A DNA stretch of 64,000 nt, from assembly GCA_025351795.1 (NCBI GenBank), contig JANXVG010000046.1:23052-87051 (forward strand), given 5' to 3'. This stretch comes from Salinibacterium sp. (lineage in GTDB: Bacteria > Actinomycetota > Actinomycetes > Actinomycetales > Microbacteriaceae). Numbering within the stretch: the stretch's first letter is position 1; each line of letters starts with the position of its first letter. Below the pieces are notes generated by a model that saw nothing but the letters and a program-made list of their open reading frames with translations, had not been told where the DNA came from and searched no databases. The position numbers were made by a program, and so were the translations under genes. Below are positions 55,483 to 64,000 of the stretch, in pieces.

Positions 55483-56436
55483 ATGCTCAAAAACGTGGTG
55501 CTACTCGCCGTTCCAGGCGTTGCACCATTCGAATTCGGCGTGGTGTGCGAAGTGTTCGGCATTGACCGCAGTGACATGGGCGGTCCGGGGTTCGACTTCA
55601 CGATCGCTACGGCAGACCCGGGGCCGGTACGCACGAGTCTGGGCTTCGACATGATCATCGAGCACGGCCTCGAAGCCGCAGCCGTTGCCGATCTGGTCGC
55701 CCTACCCGCGCATGCGATTGAGCCCATCGACGAGCGCTACCTCGAGGTGATCCGCGCGGCCGAGGCACGCGGTGCGTGGGTGCTGAGCGTGTGCAGCGGA
55801 GCGTTCGCGCTTGCACAGGCGGGCATCCTCGACGGTCGCACGGCGACCACGCACTGGATGCACACCGATCGACTCGCCGCCCAATTTCCCGGTGTCGCGG
55901 TCGACCCCGACGTGCTATTCGTGGAAGACCGCAAAGTCGTCACAAGCGCTGGCACCGCGGCCGGCATCGACGCCGCGCTGCACATCGTGCGCAAAGAACT
56001 CGGTGCAGCAGTGGCCAACGTCGTAGCGCGCCGCATGGTGATTCCGCCCCAGCGGGACGGTGGGCAATCGCAGTACATTCAGGCGCCCATCTCGGAGGTC
56101 TGCGCTGATTCCTTCGCGATCGTGGCCGAATGGATGCTCGAAAACCTCGCTGAGAACCTCACGATCGAGCAACTCGCTCGCAAAGCCCTCATGTCCAGTC
56201 GCACGTTCGCCCGCCGATTTCGGGCCGACATGGGCACGACGCCTGCCGCGTGGCTGAATCGCCAGCGCATCATCCGCGCACAGAACATGCTCGAGTCGAC
56301 AAACAACGGCCTCGAGACGATTGCTCAGAGCACCGGATTCGGCACCGCGGCCGTAATGCGGCACCACTTCCTGAAGGTGCTGCAGACGACACCGAACGCC
56401 TACCGGCGTACCTTCGGTGAGCGGCTCGCTGGGTAG
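55483..56436 (+). CDS. GlxA-family regulator (DJ-1/PfpI domain + AraC HTH)
   Basis: The DJ-1-like domain reads MLKNVVLLAVPGVAPFEF...VCSGAFALAQAGILDG. The C-terminus reads SSRTFARRFRADMGTTPAAWLNRQRI..A..LE. Confidence 0.85.
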   Translation: MLKNVVLLAVPGVAPFEFGVVCEVFGIDRSDMGGPGFDFTIATADPGPVRTSLGFDMIIEHGLEAAAVADLVALPAHAIEPIDERYLEVIRAAEARGAWVLSVCSGAFALAQAGILDGRTATTHWMHTDRLAAQFPGVAVDPDVLFVEDRKVVTSAGTAAGIDAALHIVRKELGAAVANVVARRMVIPPQRDGGQSQYIQAPISEVCADSFAIVAEWMLENLAENLTIEQLARKALMSSRTFARRFRADMGTTPAAWLNRQRIIRAQNMLESTNNGLETIAQSTGFGTAAVMRHHFLKVLQTTPNAYRRTFGERLAG

Positions 56437-56962
56437 CTCCGGTGTCTACCCGGCGATGGTCACGAGGGTGGCGGTTGACAACGCTGCACTGAACTCGTCT
56501 GTCGCAGGAAGTATCGACCGGTGGTGGGATTGGGTAGCGATAGCAGGAAGAACGACGTCGTCCTCATCGGCCAGCAGGACCTCCAGCACTGAGCCCGCGA
56601 TAAGCAGATTTGCCCAGTTAGCTCACGTACCAAATTCGGCGGCTGCCCCACAGCGCAACCCTCACGACCTTCGCCGTACGGCGAGGTGCACAGCGCTGAC
56701 GCGAATCTGCGCACCGGCAATGGTCACAAGCGCTGCGCATAGCGCACCGCCCGACCACGGCCGAGCTGGTGACAGCGCATGGCTCGATTGTGGTGGCAGC
56801 CCCCTCACCCTCACCAGCGCTCATTGGCCCCGGCGCCGCACCTGACGCTGGCCTGACCGCGTGCGCATGAGCGTGCGCATGCGACGCTGACTGATCCCTT
56901 ACGATGTAAATCACTCGCGACGCTTTGGGTAAACCACCCCGTCCTCGATCCGAACAATCAGA

Positions 56963-56989
56963 GGTGGGAAGAGGGTGAAGAGGGTGAAG
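56963..56989. repeat. 9-bp tandem repeat x3 (ggtgggaag/agggtgaag/agggtgaag) covering the SD and GTG start of the next gene
   Basis: Read directly. The ORF-track start GTG at 56975 lies inside unit 2, and an identical GTG lies at 56984. Confidence 0.9.
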
Positions 56990-58639
56990 AAGGCCCCACG
57001 TAACATGGGACATCGGGCGCAACTGGCCGCACTCAGTATCGCTATTTTCGTGGTCTTCGCGGCCATCAGCTACTACTTCTACAGCCAGCTGCGCCACGCA
57101 CAACTCGGACTAATTGATGATCACGAAGTCATCCGCTTTCTGGGCGCGACGGGGGTGGTGCGCCTCGAAGACGTCCCGAAGATCCTGTATACCCAAACAG
57201 AGGTCGGCCAGTGGGGGCATGCTCTGCGCCTGCGGCCGGTGTACTACCTTTTGCGAATACTTGAAGCGTCGCTGTGGGGCGATCGCGCCGGACTCTGGTA
57301 TCTGACACGAACGTTCGCCGTTGCTGGTGTCGGCGCTGGCGCCGCGTTCGTCGTACTCCGTGCACTTTACCGACGCACGCTGTCTGCCTCACGGGCGATA
57401 ATTGCGATCGTTTTCGCGGTAGTCGTCGGCGGACTTGCTCTAACCCTTGCGGCCTGGTCGGACATCGCCACGCGCCTCGGCCCATCTGAGGTGTACGTCG
57501 GAGTGGGGTTGGTAGTGCTTGCGATCGGGGCGACAGAAGCGTACCTCCGCCCGGAATCGATGCTCGGCTGGATCCTGCTGTTCGTTGGCATCGTCATAGT
57601 AGCTGGCAGCAAGGAAGACGGTGTGCTGTTGATCGTTCCCGTCGCGATCATTTACTGGCTAAGGTTTGGTCGCGTTCGACGTCAATGGATGGTCGCCACA
57701 CTAGGATTCTTGGGACTCGCCTTCACGCTTTATATTGCCATCGGTGTGGGACTCGCCACCTTCCACGCCGGGGCCGACATGTACGGCAACGGCCGCTCGC
57801 TGTTGGGTTTCAACGACGCGCTGGCGCGTGACTACTACCTCAACGCAACGTTCGCTTTCTTTCTTGTCGCACTCGCGTGGGACGTGCTGCACCGGCCACG
57901 CGCCGCCGTGCCGGTCGGCGCGACTGACACCTCGCGACCGGTCAGTTTTCTGCTCAGAAACAAACTCACTCTCGCGGCGGCAACGTGCCTCTACCTGGTG
58001 CTTGGTGACGCCTTCTTCTACCAGAATTACATTTTGATGGATGGTGGCTTCAGCCCCGCTCGTTATGCCTTCCTAAGCCAAGTGGCCACTCTTGGGGGCT
58101 TCGTCGTGATCTTGATGATCGTGACGCGGCTTCCGGCGCTTGAGTGGAGGATGCGAACGATCATCGCTATTGCGCTGGTTGCCGTGATTGTCATATCCCC
58201 TTTGGACGCCAACATTGCATGGGCAGTCAGAGCACGGGTCACGTCCGCAGCCCTGTCTCAGGCATCCCAAGATATCCACGATGAGATCCGAGCCGGTGTA
58301 ACCGATATCGCACAACATCCCGGAGCGCAGGTGATTCTGCTCGCAGACCACCCGTTCGACTATGAGCGAGTCTTCGCGCTTCCCCAGTTTCTGGCCTTTT
58401 ACGGTGCCGCCAATCCGGTCTTCGTTGTCGCCGACATTCCGTACTCCGTCTCGAGTTCTACCCCCCAATACGCAGATCTTTCCAGCCAACTCGTTGACAT
58501 GGCGAACGCAGGCAAGATGGATTCCGGATGGCGCATCACCCCATCGTCGCGGCGTGACGCAAACGCATATACGGTGTGCTTCTCGTTTGACTCACCGCGC
58601 GCGAACCCGGCCTGCAGCTCAGTTCACCGCATCGGCTGA
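56975..58639 (+). CDS. Polytopic membrane protein, GT-C-fold glycosyltransferase candidate (GtrC-like role)
   Basis: 554 aa with more than 10 TM segments. An acidic motif LIDDHE follows directly after TM1 (first extracytoplasmic loop), and there is a soluble C-terminal roughly 130 aa. It is adjacent to GtrA and GtrB homologues. The start is uncertain (56975, 56984 or ATG 57005). Confidence 0.55.
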   Translation: MKRVKKAPRNMGHRAQLAALSIAIFVVFAAISYYFYSQLRHAQLGLIDDHEVIRFLGATGVVRLEDVPKILYTQTEVGQWGHALRLRPVYYLLRILEASLWGDRAGLWYLTRTFAVAGVGAGAAFVVLRALYRRTLSASRAIIAIVFAVVVGGLALTLAAWSDIATRLGPSEVYVGVGLVVLAIGATEAYLRPESMLGWILLFVGIVIVAGSKEDGVLLIVPVAIIYWLRFGRVRRQWMVATLGFLGLAFTLYIAIGVGLATFHAGADMYGNGRSLLGFNDALARDYYLNATFAFFLVALAWDVLHRPRAAVPVGATDTSRPVSFLLRNKLTLAAATCLYLVLGDAFFYQNYILMDGGFSPARYAFLSQVATLGGFVVILMIVTRLPALEWRMRTIIAIALVAVIVISPLDANIAWAVRARVTSAALSQASQDIHDEIRAGVTDIAQHPGAQVILLADHPFDYERVFALPQFLAFYGAANPVFVVADIPYSVSSSTPQYADLSSQLVDMANAGKMDSGWRITPSSRRDANAYTVCFSFDSPRANPACSSVHRIG

Positions 58640-58642
58640 CCG

Positions 58643-59110
58643 CTAGTTGCCAGCGACATGGTCGCCGTCTGCACCCGCGCGTACGGCACTCGGGTCGGGA
58701 GTTTTGGCCGGACGGAACGAAAACCATTTGTGCCCGATGTAGCTGAGCACGGTCGTAACCACAACGATCGCTGCTTGGGCAATGTATGGACTCCATCGCG
58801 CCCACTCGACGAGCACCGCGAGCAAGACAGTATTTGACACAAGGCTCACGACGTAGACGCTCTCAAACCTCAGAAACTCGACGAAGCCGTTGCCGGAACC
58901 ATGGGCGCGGAAGGTGAATCGCCGATGCAGCACAAAAGCGAGCACTGTGGCGAGAGCATACGACGCATAGAGGCTGCCCAGATAGCCAATATACCGTCCG
59001 AGCAGCAACTGAAACACGACGAAAAGCCCGTACCCGACCACGGTGTTGACACCACCCACAACAACAAATCGCACCCGTTCGTCTGCGAGCAAGCGCCGAA
59101 TACACCTCAT
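58643..59110 (-). CDS. GtrA-family membrane protein (polyprenyl-P-sugar flippase-like)
   Basis: MRCIRRLLADERVRFVVVGGVNTVVGYGLF... with four TM segments and the C-terminal KWFSFR motif of GtrA proteins. Confidence 0.8.
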   Translation of the reverse strand: MRCIRRLLADERVRFVVVGGVNTVVGYGLFVVFQLLLGRYIGYLGSLYASYALATVLAFVLHRRFTFRAHGSGNGFVEFLRFESVYVVSLVSNTVLLAVLVEWARWSPYIAQAAIVVVTTVLSYIGHKWFSFRPAKTPDPSAVRAGADGDHVAGN

Positions 59111-59226
59111 TACCGTGGCTCCATTCCGTTCACTCGAAGTAAGCCAACACAATACCTGCCGATCGATCGCGACCAGAGGAGCACACGATGTGGTGAGGTA
59201 GAATTCTCAGTCATGCGGACCGAGCG

Positions 59227-60177
59227 GTGACCCAACGAGGTAAGAGAGTCTCTTACGTCTTCCCCATTTTCAACGAAGCCGGAAACCTCAACCTCTTATA
59301 CCGCAGCATCAGCTCGGTTCTCGCCGATGTGCCGTATGAAATCGAACTCATCTTCATCAATGACGGCAGTCGCGACGATTCGTTAGCCGCGCTTGTGCAG
59401 ATTCAGGCACACGATGAACGAGTGATCGTGATCGATTTGGCTCGCAACTACGGGCACCAGGTTGCGGTCACTGCTGGCCTGGATCGATCCACGGGCGACG
59501 CCGTCATCATTATGGACAGTGACATGCAGGATCCGCCCGCCGTGAGTCTCGAACTGATCGAGCAGTGGGAGGCCGGATGGGACGTCGTCTACGCACAGCG
59601 GCGGTCGAGAAAAGACTCCATTTTCAAACGAGCGACTGCCTTCCTATTTTACAAAGCGCTGCGACGAGTCTCGGAGGTCGAGATACCGGCAAACACCGGC
59701 GACTTCCGTCTCCTGGATCGGCGGGTAGTAGACGAGTTGAAAAAATACACCGAGCACGATCGTTTCTTGCGCGGCATGGTCAGTTACATCGGATTCGATC
59801 AAACGGCGGTGCAGTTCGACAGGCACGAGCGCTATGCGGGCACCACGGGTTATCCGCTGGGAAAGATGTTGAGTTTTGCCGCCGACGGAATTATGGGTTT
59901 TTCGACCTATCCATTGAAGCTGATCTCTCGCCTTGGATTTGTCGCAGCGGCATTGAGCGTTGTGGGAATTGTCTACGTACTCGCAGTAAAGCTCTTTATC
60001 CCACAGGTTGTGGTCGCCGGGTGGACATTCATTGTGCTATCTGTGCTGCTGATGGGCGGCTTGCAATTGATCATGCTGGGAGTGCTCGGCGGCTACATCG
60101 GACGCATTTACCGGCAGGTCCAAGGGCGGCCCCTGTACGCGGTAAAGAAGGTGTTTCAGAGGTCAGCGAAGGAATGA
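59227..60177 (+). CDS. GtrB-like GT2 polyprenyl-phosphate glycosyltransferase
   Basis: VSYVFPIFNEAGNL...FINDGSRDDS...MDSDMQDPP...GDFRLLDRRVV, with two C-terminal TM segments. Confidence 0.88.
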   Translation: MTQRGKRVSYVFPIFNEAGNLNLLYRSISSVLADVPYEIELIFINDGSRDDSLAALVQIQAHDERVIVIDLARNYGHQVAVTAGLDRSTGDAVIIMDSDMQDPPAVSLELIEQWEAGWDVVYAQRRSRKDSIFKRATAFLFYKALRRVSEVEIPANTGDFRLLDRRVVDELKKYTEHDRFLRGMVSYIGFDQTAVQFDRHERYAGTTGYPLGKMLSFAADGIMGFSTYPLKLISRLGFVAAALSVVGIVYVLAVKLFIPQVVVAGWTFIVLSVLLMGGLQLIMLGVLGGYIGRIYRQVQGRPLYAVKKVFQRSAKE

Positions 60178-60265
60178 AAAACCTGTCCGGGCCGGAGCAA
60201 AGCTCTCTATCCTGACAATTGCACTGGGCTCGACTCGCTACCGGGTCGTTCTCACATTCGTCGCC

Positions 60266-61117
60266 CTACGGAATCAGACCGAGCCGGCGACAATTGATCA
60301 CCGCTTCATAGCGACTGGTCGCATCGAGTTTCCTCATCGCCGAGGAGAGGTAGCTCTTCACAGTGCTCTCGGTCAGCCCAAGCTGCACAGCAATAAGAGC
60401 GTTTCGCTTGCCGAGCGCAGCGTGGGCGATCACATCTATCTCGCGAGGCGAGAGAACCGTGGTTGCGAGCGGATGCGCGACACCACCTTTGTTGACGAGG
60501 GCACGGAGGGAGTCGAGTCGACGAACGATCTGTGGATCGGTGATACTGCGCGTGATCTCGCGAAGTTCAGCGTAGAGGGTGCGGAGTTCCTCACGCGCGC
60601 CGGGCTCGGCCGTGCCACCCGACAACCACCCACCCTCGGTCTCGATCACCGCGACCCGCCGCTCCACCTCGTCATGAACGGAGTACTCCCAGGCCAGGCT
60701 CTGAGCGACTTGGAGCGCCTTACCGGTTGCGGCATCACCGAACCGGGTGGCGATGCGATGACCGCCGTAGATGATCGCGCGCACCTCACCGTCTACCACG
60801 ACCGGGATTGCCAGCAGTGAAACGATGTCTTCGGCGAAGACTTCGCGATCGTACCGGTGCGTAATCGTCTCCGCCCGCCGGTAGTGAGTTGCGCTCACTG
60901 GCCGGCGCTCCGACAGCGCCCGGCCGCCCAGTCCCTCAGTCGGCTCAATGAGTAGACCGGTCAGACTCTGCCCCCGGGTGCCAACAAAGGAGGTCAGGGG
61001 TGCTCCATCGCCGGTGACAAGGCCACCGAATGCGACGGGAAATTCCCCTCGGACGGTTAACGTCGTCAGAAACTTCTGGAGCAACTCCAAATCGTGGGCA
61101 GGCGATGCGGGGGCCAT
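60266..61117 (-). CDS. GAF-like sensor + LuxR-type HTH transcriptional regulator
   Basis: The C-terminus LSPREIDVIAHAALGKRNALIAVQLGLTESTVKSYLSSAMRKL is GerE/LuxR HTH. The N-terminal roughly 170 aa are GAF-like. Confidence 0.8.
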   Translation of the reverse strand: MAPASPAHDLELLQKFLTTLTVRGEFPVAFGGLVTGDGAPLTSFVGTRGQSLTGLLIEPTEGLGGRALSERRPVSATHYRRAETITHRYDREVFAEDIVSLLAIPVVVDGEVRAIIYGGHRIATRFGDAATGKALQVAQSLAWEYSVHDEVERRVAVIETEGGWLSGGTAEPGAREELRTLYAELREITRSITDPQIVRRLDSLRALVNKGGVAHPLATTVLSPREIDVIAHAALGKRNALIAVQLGLTESTVKSYLSSAMRKLDATSRYEAVINCRRLGLIP

Positions 61118-61277
61118 GCCCCTACCTCCTTTAGACGGTAGTCGGGCACATCAACGTGCTCATAGCCTGCATAGTAGCAGGCGCCCTCAACAGCTCTCGG
61201 ACCGTTGTCGCACGCACATTTCATAGGAGAAATGCCATGACTTTAGCTGGATTCCCCCTCGGTTTCGAGGCGCTGGC

Positions 61278-63209
61278 GTGACTCAGCATGTTGCACTTTC
61301 TCACACCACAGGCTCCTTCGAGGCCGTCGTCGCGAAGCAACTGGACGACCCGGAGCAATTCTGGCTCGACGCGGCCCAGGCCGTCGATTGGGACCAATAT
61401 CCCACCGCAGCACTTGATGATTCCGACGCCCCGCTCTACCGCTGGTTTCCCGACGCCCGCCTCAATACCTGTTTCAACGCGCTGGACCGCCATGTGCTCG
61501 CGGGACGCGGTGACACGACGGCCCTGATCTACGACTCGCCGGTCGTCGGCAAGACAAAGAAGTACAGCTACGCAACGCTCCTCGACAAAGTCGCCCGATT
61601 CGCGGGCGTGCTCGCCGATGCCGGGGTGGGCGTTGGAGACCGGGTGGTCATCTACCTCCCGATGATTCCGCAGGCGGTTGTCGCGATGCTCGCTTGTGCC
61701 CGTCTCGGCGCGGTGCATTCCGTCGTTTTCGGTGGGTTTGCCGCGAAAGAGCTGGCATCGCGACTGGATGACGCCGAAGCGAAAGTCATCGTGACTGCTT
61801 CGGGAGGAATCGAGCCGAGCCGCGTTGTCGAGTACCTCCCAACCGTCGTCACCGCCTTGGAACTCAGTCGCGGCACCGTGCACACCGTCATCGTCAAGGC
61901 ACGACCCGAGGTACCCGGCTCGGCAAGCGAGTATGCGAGCCCCGGCACTCAGTGGTGGGACTGGCGGGAAACGATGATGGCCGCCGAGCCGCACGCGCCG
62001 GTCTCGGTCGCAGCAACGGACCCGCTCTACATTCTGTACACCTCCGGTACCACCGGTTCTCCGAAAGGCGTAGTCAGGGACAACGGCGGCCACGCCGTCG
62101 CGATGACGTGGTCGATGAAGAACATCTACGACGTCGGCGTGGGGGATGTGATGTGGACGGCAAGTGACGTCGGCTGGGTCGTCGGTCATTCGTACATCGT
62201 CTACGGACCGCTGCTGGCCGGAGCGACGACCGTGCTCTACGAGGGCAAACCGGTCGGCACACCGGATGCCGGGGCATTCTGGCGGGTCGTGTCTGATTAC
62301 GGGGTCAAGACCCTTTTCACCTCGCCCACGGCTCTCCGGGCGATCCGAAAGGTCGATCCCCACGCCACGCTGGCCCGCGACTACGACCTTTCCCTTCTGG
62401 AGGCGATGTTTCTGGCCGGCGAGCGACTCGACCCAGAAACCTGGACATGGGCGAGCGCCCTGCTCGACAAACCCGTGATCGATCATTGGTGGCAGACCGA
62501 GACCGGCTGGGCGATCTGCGCGAGCCCTCGCGGAATTGAACAACTGCCGCTACGGGCAGGGTCTCCCTCGTTCCCGGTCCCCGGCTTCCGGGTCGAAATC
62601 GTCGACGACCAAGGGCATGAGGTGGGCATTCTCGATGAGGGCCACATCGTCATTCGCCTTCCGCTTCCTCCGGGCACGCTCACGACCCTCTGGAACGGCG
62701 ACCAACGCTATATCGATGGCTATCTCACTGCTTTCCCGGGGTATTACCTCACCGGCGACTCCGGGTACTTCGACCGTGACGGCTATCTGTACGTGATGGG
62801 CAGAACCGATGACATCATCAACGTTGCAGGACACCGCCTCTCTACCGGATCGATGGAACAGGTTCTGGCCCAGCATCCATCGGTTGCCGAGTGCGCGGTC
62901 ATCGGTCTCCACGACACGGTGAAAGGGCAAAAACCCGCCGGGTACGTGGTACTGAAGAGCGGTATCGACATCGACTCGATCACTCTGGCTGAGGAACTCG
63001 TAGCGATGGTTCGCAACCAGATCGGCGCAGTAGCTGCGTTCAAGGAAGTGACGATTGTTGCCGCGCTTCCGAAGACGCGGTCCGGAAAAATTTTGCGCAA
63101 AACCATTCGACAGATCGTCAATGGTGAGGACTACGTCGTGCCTCCCACAATCGAGAACATCGAAGCCATCGCCCTGATCGTTGCCACGGTTGACCCTTCG
63201 CTCAACTAG
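61278..63209 (+). CDS. prpE: Propionate--CoA ligase (short-chain acyl-CoA synthetase)
   Basis: 643 aa and closely collinear with E. coli PrpE as I recall it: NALDRHV, YLPMIPQA..AMLACARLGAVHSVVFGGFA, YTSGTTGSPKGV, ASDVGWVVGHSYIVYGPLLAG, WWQTETGW, GRTDDIINVAGHRLST, LPKTRSGKILR. Confidence 0.88.
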   Translation: MTQHVALSHTTGSFEAVVAKQLDDPEQFWLDAAQAVDWDQYPTAALDDSDAPLYRWFPDARLNTCFNALDRHVLAGRGDTTALIYDSPVVGKTKKYSYATLLDKVARFAGVLADAGVGVGDRVVIYLPMIPQAVVAMLACARLGAVHSVVFGGFAAKELASRLDDAEAKVIVTASGGIEPSRVVEYLPTVVTALELSRGTVHTVIVKARPEVPGSASEYASPGTQWWDWRETMMAAEPHAPVSVAATDPLYILYTSGTTGSPKGVVRDNGGHAVAMTWSMKNIYDVGVGDVMWTASDVGWVVGHSYIVYGPLLAGATTVLYEGKPVGTPDAGAFWRVVSDYGVKTLFTSPTALRAIRKVDPHATLARDYDLSLLEAMFLAGERLDPETWTWASALLDKPVIDHWWQTETGWAICASPRGIEQLPLRAGSPSFPVPGFRVEIVDDQGHEVGILDEGHIVIRLPLPPGTLTTLWNGDQRYIDGYLTAFPGYYLTGDSGYFDRDGYLYVMGRTDDIINVAGHRLSTGSMEQVLAQHPSVAECAVIGLHDTVKGQKPAGYVVLKSGIDIDSITLAEELVAMVRNQIGAVAAFKEVTIVAALPKTRSGKILRKTIRQIVNGEDYVVPPTIENIEAIALIVATVDPSLN

Positions 63210-63306
63210 CGGTAGCAACACCATCCGGACCGCAGCGGGTTAGGAAATGATCGGTTGACAGCCGCCAACCGTCACCTTGCAAGAAAACACAATAGGAGTG
63301 TTCTTA

Positions 63307-63894
63307 ATGACTGCCACGATTGACTACCCCACGGTGGCTACGCCCGCACGCTCCGATTTCGCCGATCCTGGATCGCTCGGTCTTGGGGCATTTGCCCTGA
63401 CGACGTTCCTTCTCAGCCTGGCGAACTCCGGGATCGTGCCAGCGGCCGGTGCCGCCGTTCTGGGGATTGCGCTGTTCTACGGTGGCATAGCTCAGGTCGC
63501 CGCTGGCCTGTGGGAATTCGCCAAGGGAAACACCTTCGGTGCCACCGCTTTCACCTCATACGGAGCATTCTGGCTCGCGTTCTGGTGGCTTGAAACCAAC
63601 CCAGCCGTCGCCAAACAGGCTGGCGCGCTCGGTGTCGGATCGTTCCTCCTCGCGTGGACGATCTTCACCGCGTTTATGACGATAGCGGCCGTCAAAACGA
63701 ACCGTGTCTTGCTCGCGCTGTTCGTCGTACTGACGCTCACGTTCATCGCCCTCACCCTTGGCGCATACACCGGCATCGAAGGAATCACGCAACTGGGCGG
63801 TTGGCTCGGCCTGCTCACCGCGTTCGTCGCCTGGTACGCCTCAGCTGCCGTCGTCATCAACGCGACGTGGAAGCGCGGTGTGCTGCCGGTGTAG
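63307..63894 (+). CDS. GPR1/FUN34/YaaH-family acetate/succinate channel (SatP-like)
   Basis: ADPGSLGLGAFALTTFLLSL (the NPxxLGL-type motif), six TM segments, and FTSYGAFWL. The ATG at 63307 is preferred. Confidence 0.88.
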   Translation: MTATIDYPTVATPARSDFADPGSLGLGAFALTTFLLSLANSGIVPAAGAAVLGIALFYGGIAQVAAGLWEFAKGNTFGATAFTSYGAFWLAFWWLETNPAVAKQAGALGVGSFLLAWTIFTAFMTIAAVKTNRVLLALFVVLTLTFIALTLGAYTGIEGITQLGGWLGLLTAFVAWYASAAVVINATWKRGVLPV

Positions 63895-63952
63895 CCGATG
63901 CCTCGAGGCGCGGACCCGATAGCGAGCGAGTCGATTCTTGTGGTCGCTGAAC

Positions 63953-63990
63953 CTGTCACCCAAGCGGTTACCGGCCGATCTGGGTGACAG
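63953..63990 (+). terminator. 10-bp-stem inverted repeat downstream of the acetate channel gene
   Basis: ctgtcaccca-N18-tgggtgacag. The loop is large and there is no U-tract, so a terminator role is weak. Confidence 0.25.
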
Positions 63991-64000
63991 CGACAAATAC

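Overview
High-GC (by eye about 63-66%) actinobacterial chromosome segment. WhiB-family genes, MtrAB-LpqB and gene order suggest a Microbacteriaceae-like organism, but this taxon call is a guess. Most of the window is conserved core. It runs whiB1-like/pdtaS, a SAF + CpaE-like ATPase pair, secA, hpf, comF, lpqB-mtrB-mtrA, a MoxR/DUF58 module, ahcY, manB, DUF3499, a giant GT2 and a whiB2-like gene. From memory this resembles the M. tuberculosis Rv3219-Rv3260c region.

Three stretches look accessory:
- (1) 0.7-13.1 kb is a composite metal island. It holds ArsR + His-rich CDF, a SHOCT protein, an atypical P1B-ATPase, an embedded beta-PGM/GH65 fusion, csoR-copZ-copA, and DUF6153-like and DUF305 genes. 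Three CsoR-type C4/G4 palindromes lie in it.
- (2) 38.2-42.25 kb carries catalase, a Fur-family regulator and a DUF222/HNH gene. This block is wedged into the otherwise tightly coupled MoxR module of unknown function.
- (3) 55.4-60.2 kb is a cell-envelope glycosylation patch: galE, GT2, a GlxA regulator, and a Gtr-like trio of GT-C candidate + GtrA + GtrB.

One tRNA-Lys(CUU) is flanked on its 3' side by about 1.1 kb of lower-GC DNA with no credible gene.

A recurrent, unexplained feature is a set of short tandem repeats (9-18 bp, 2-4 copies) that sit exactly on gene ends or starts. One is in frame at the moxR N-terminus.

I found no CRISPR array, rRNA, transposase or integrase, and no recognisable defence system. 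The most interesting unknown is the split MoxR module. No similarity search was run; all family calls rest on motifs I read in the translations.
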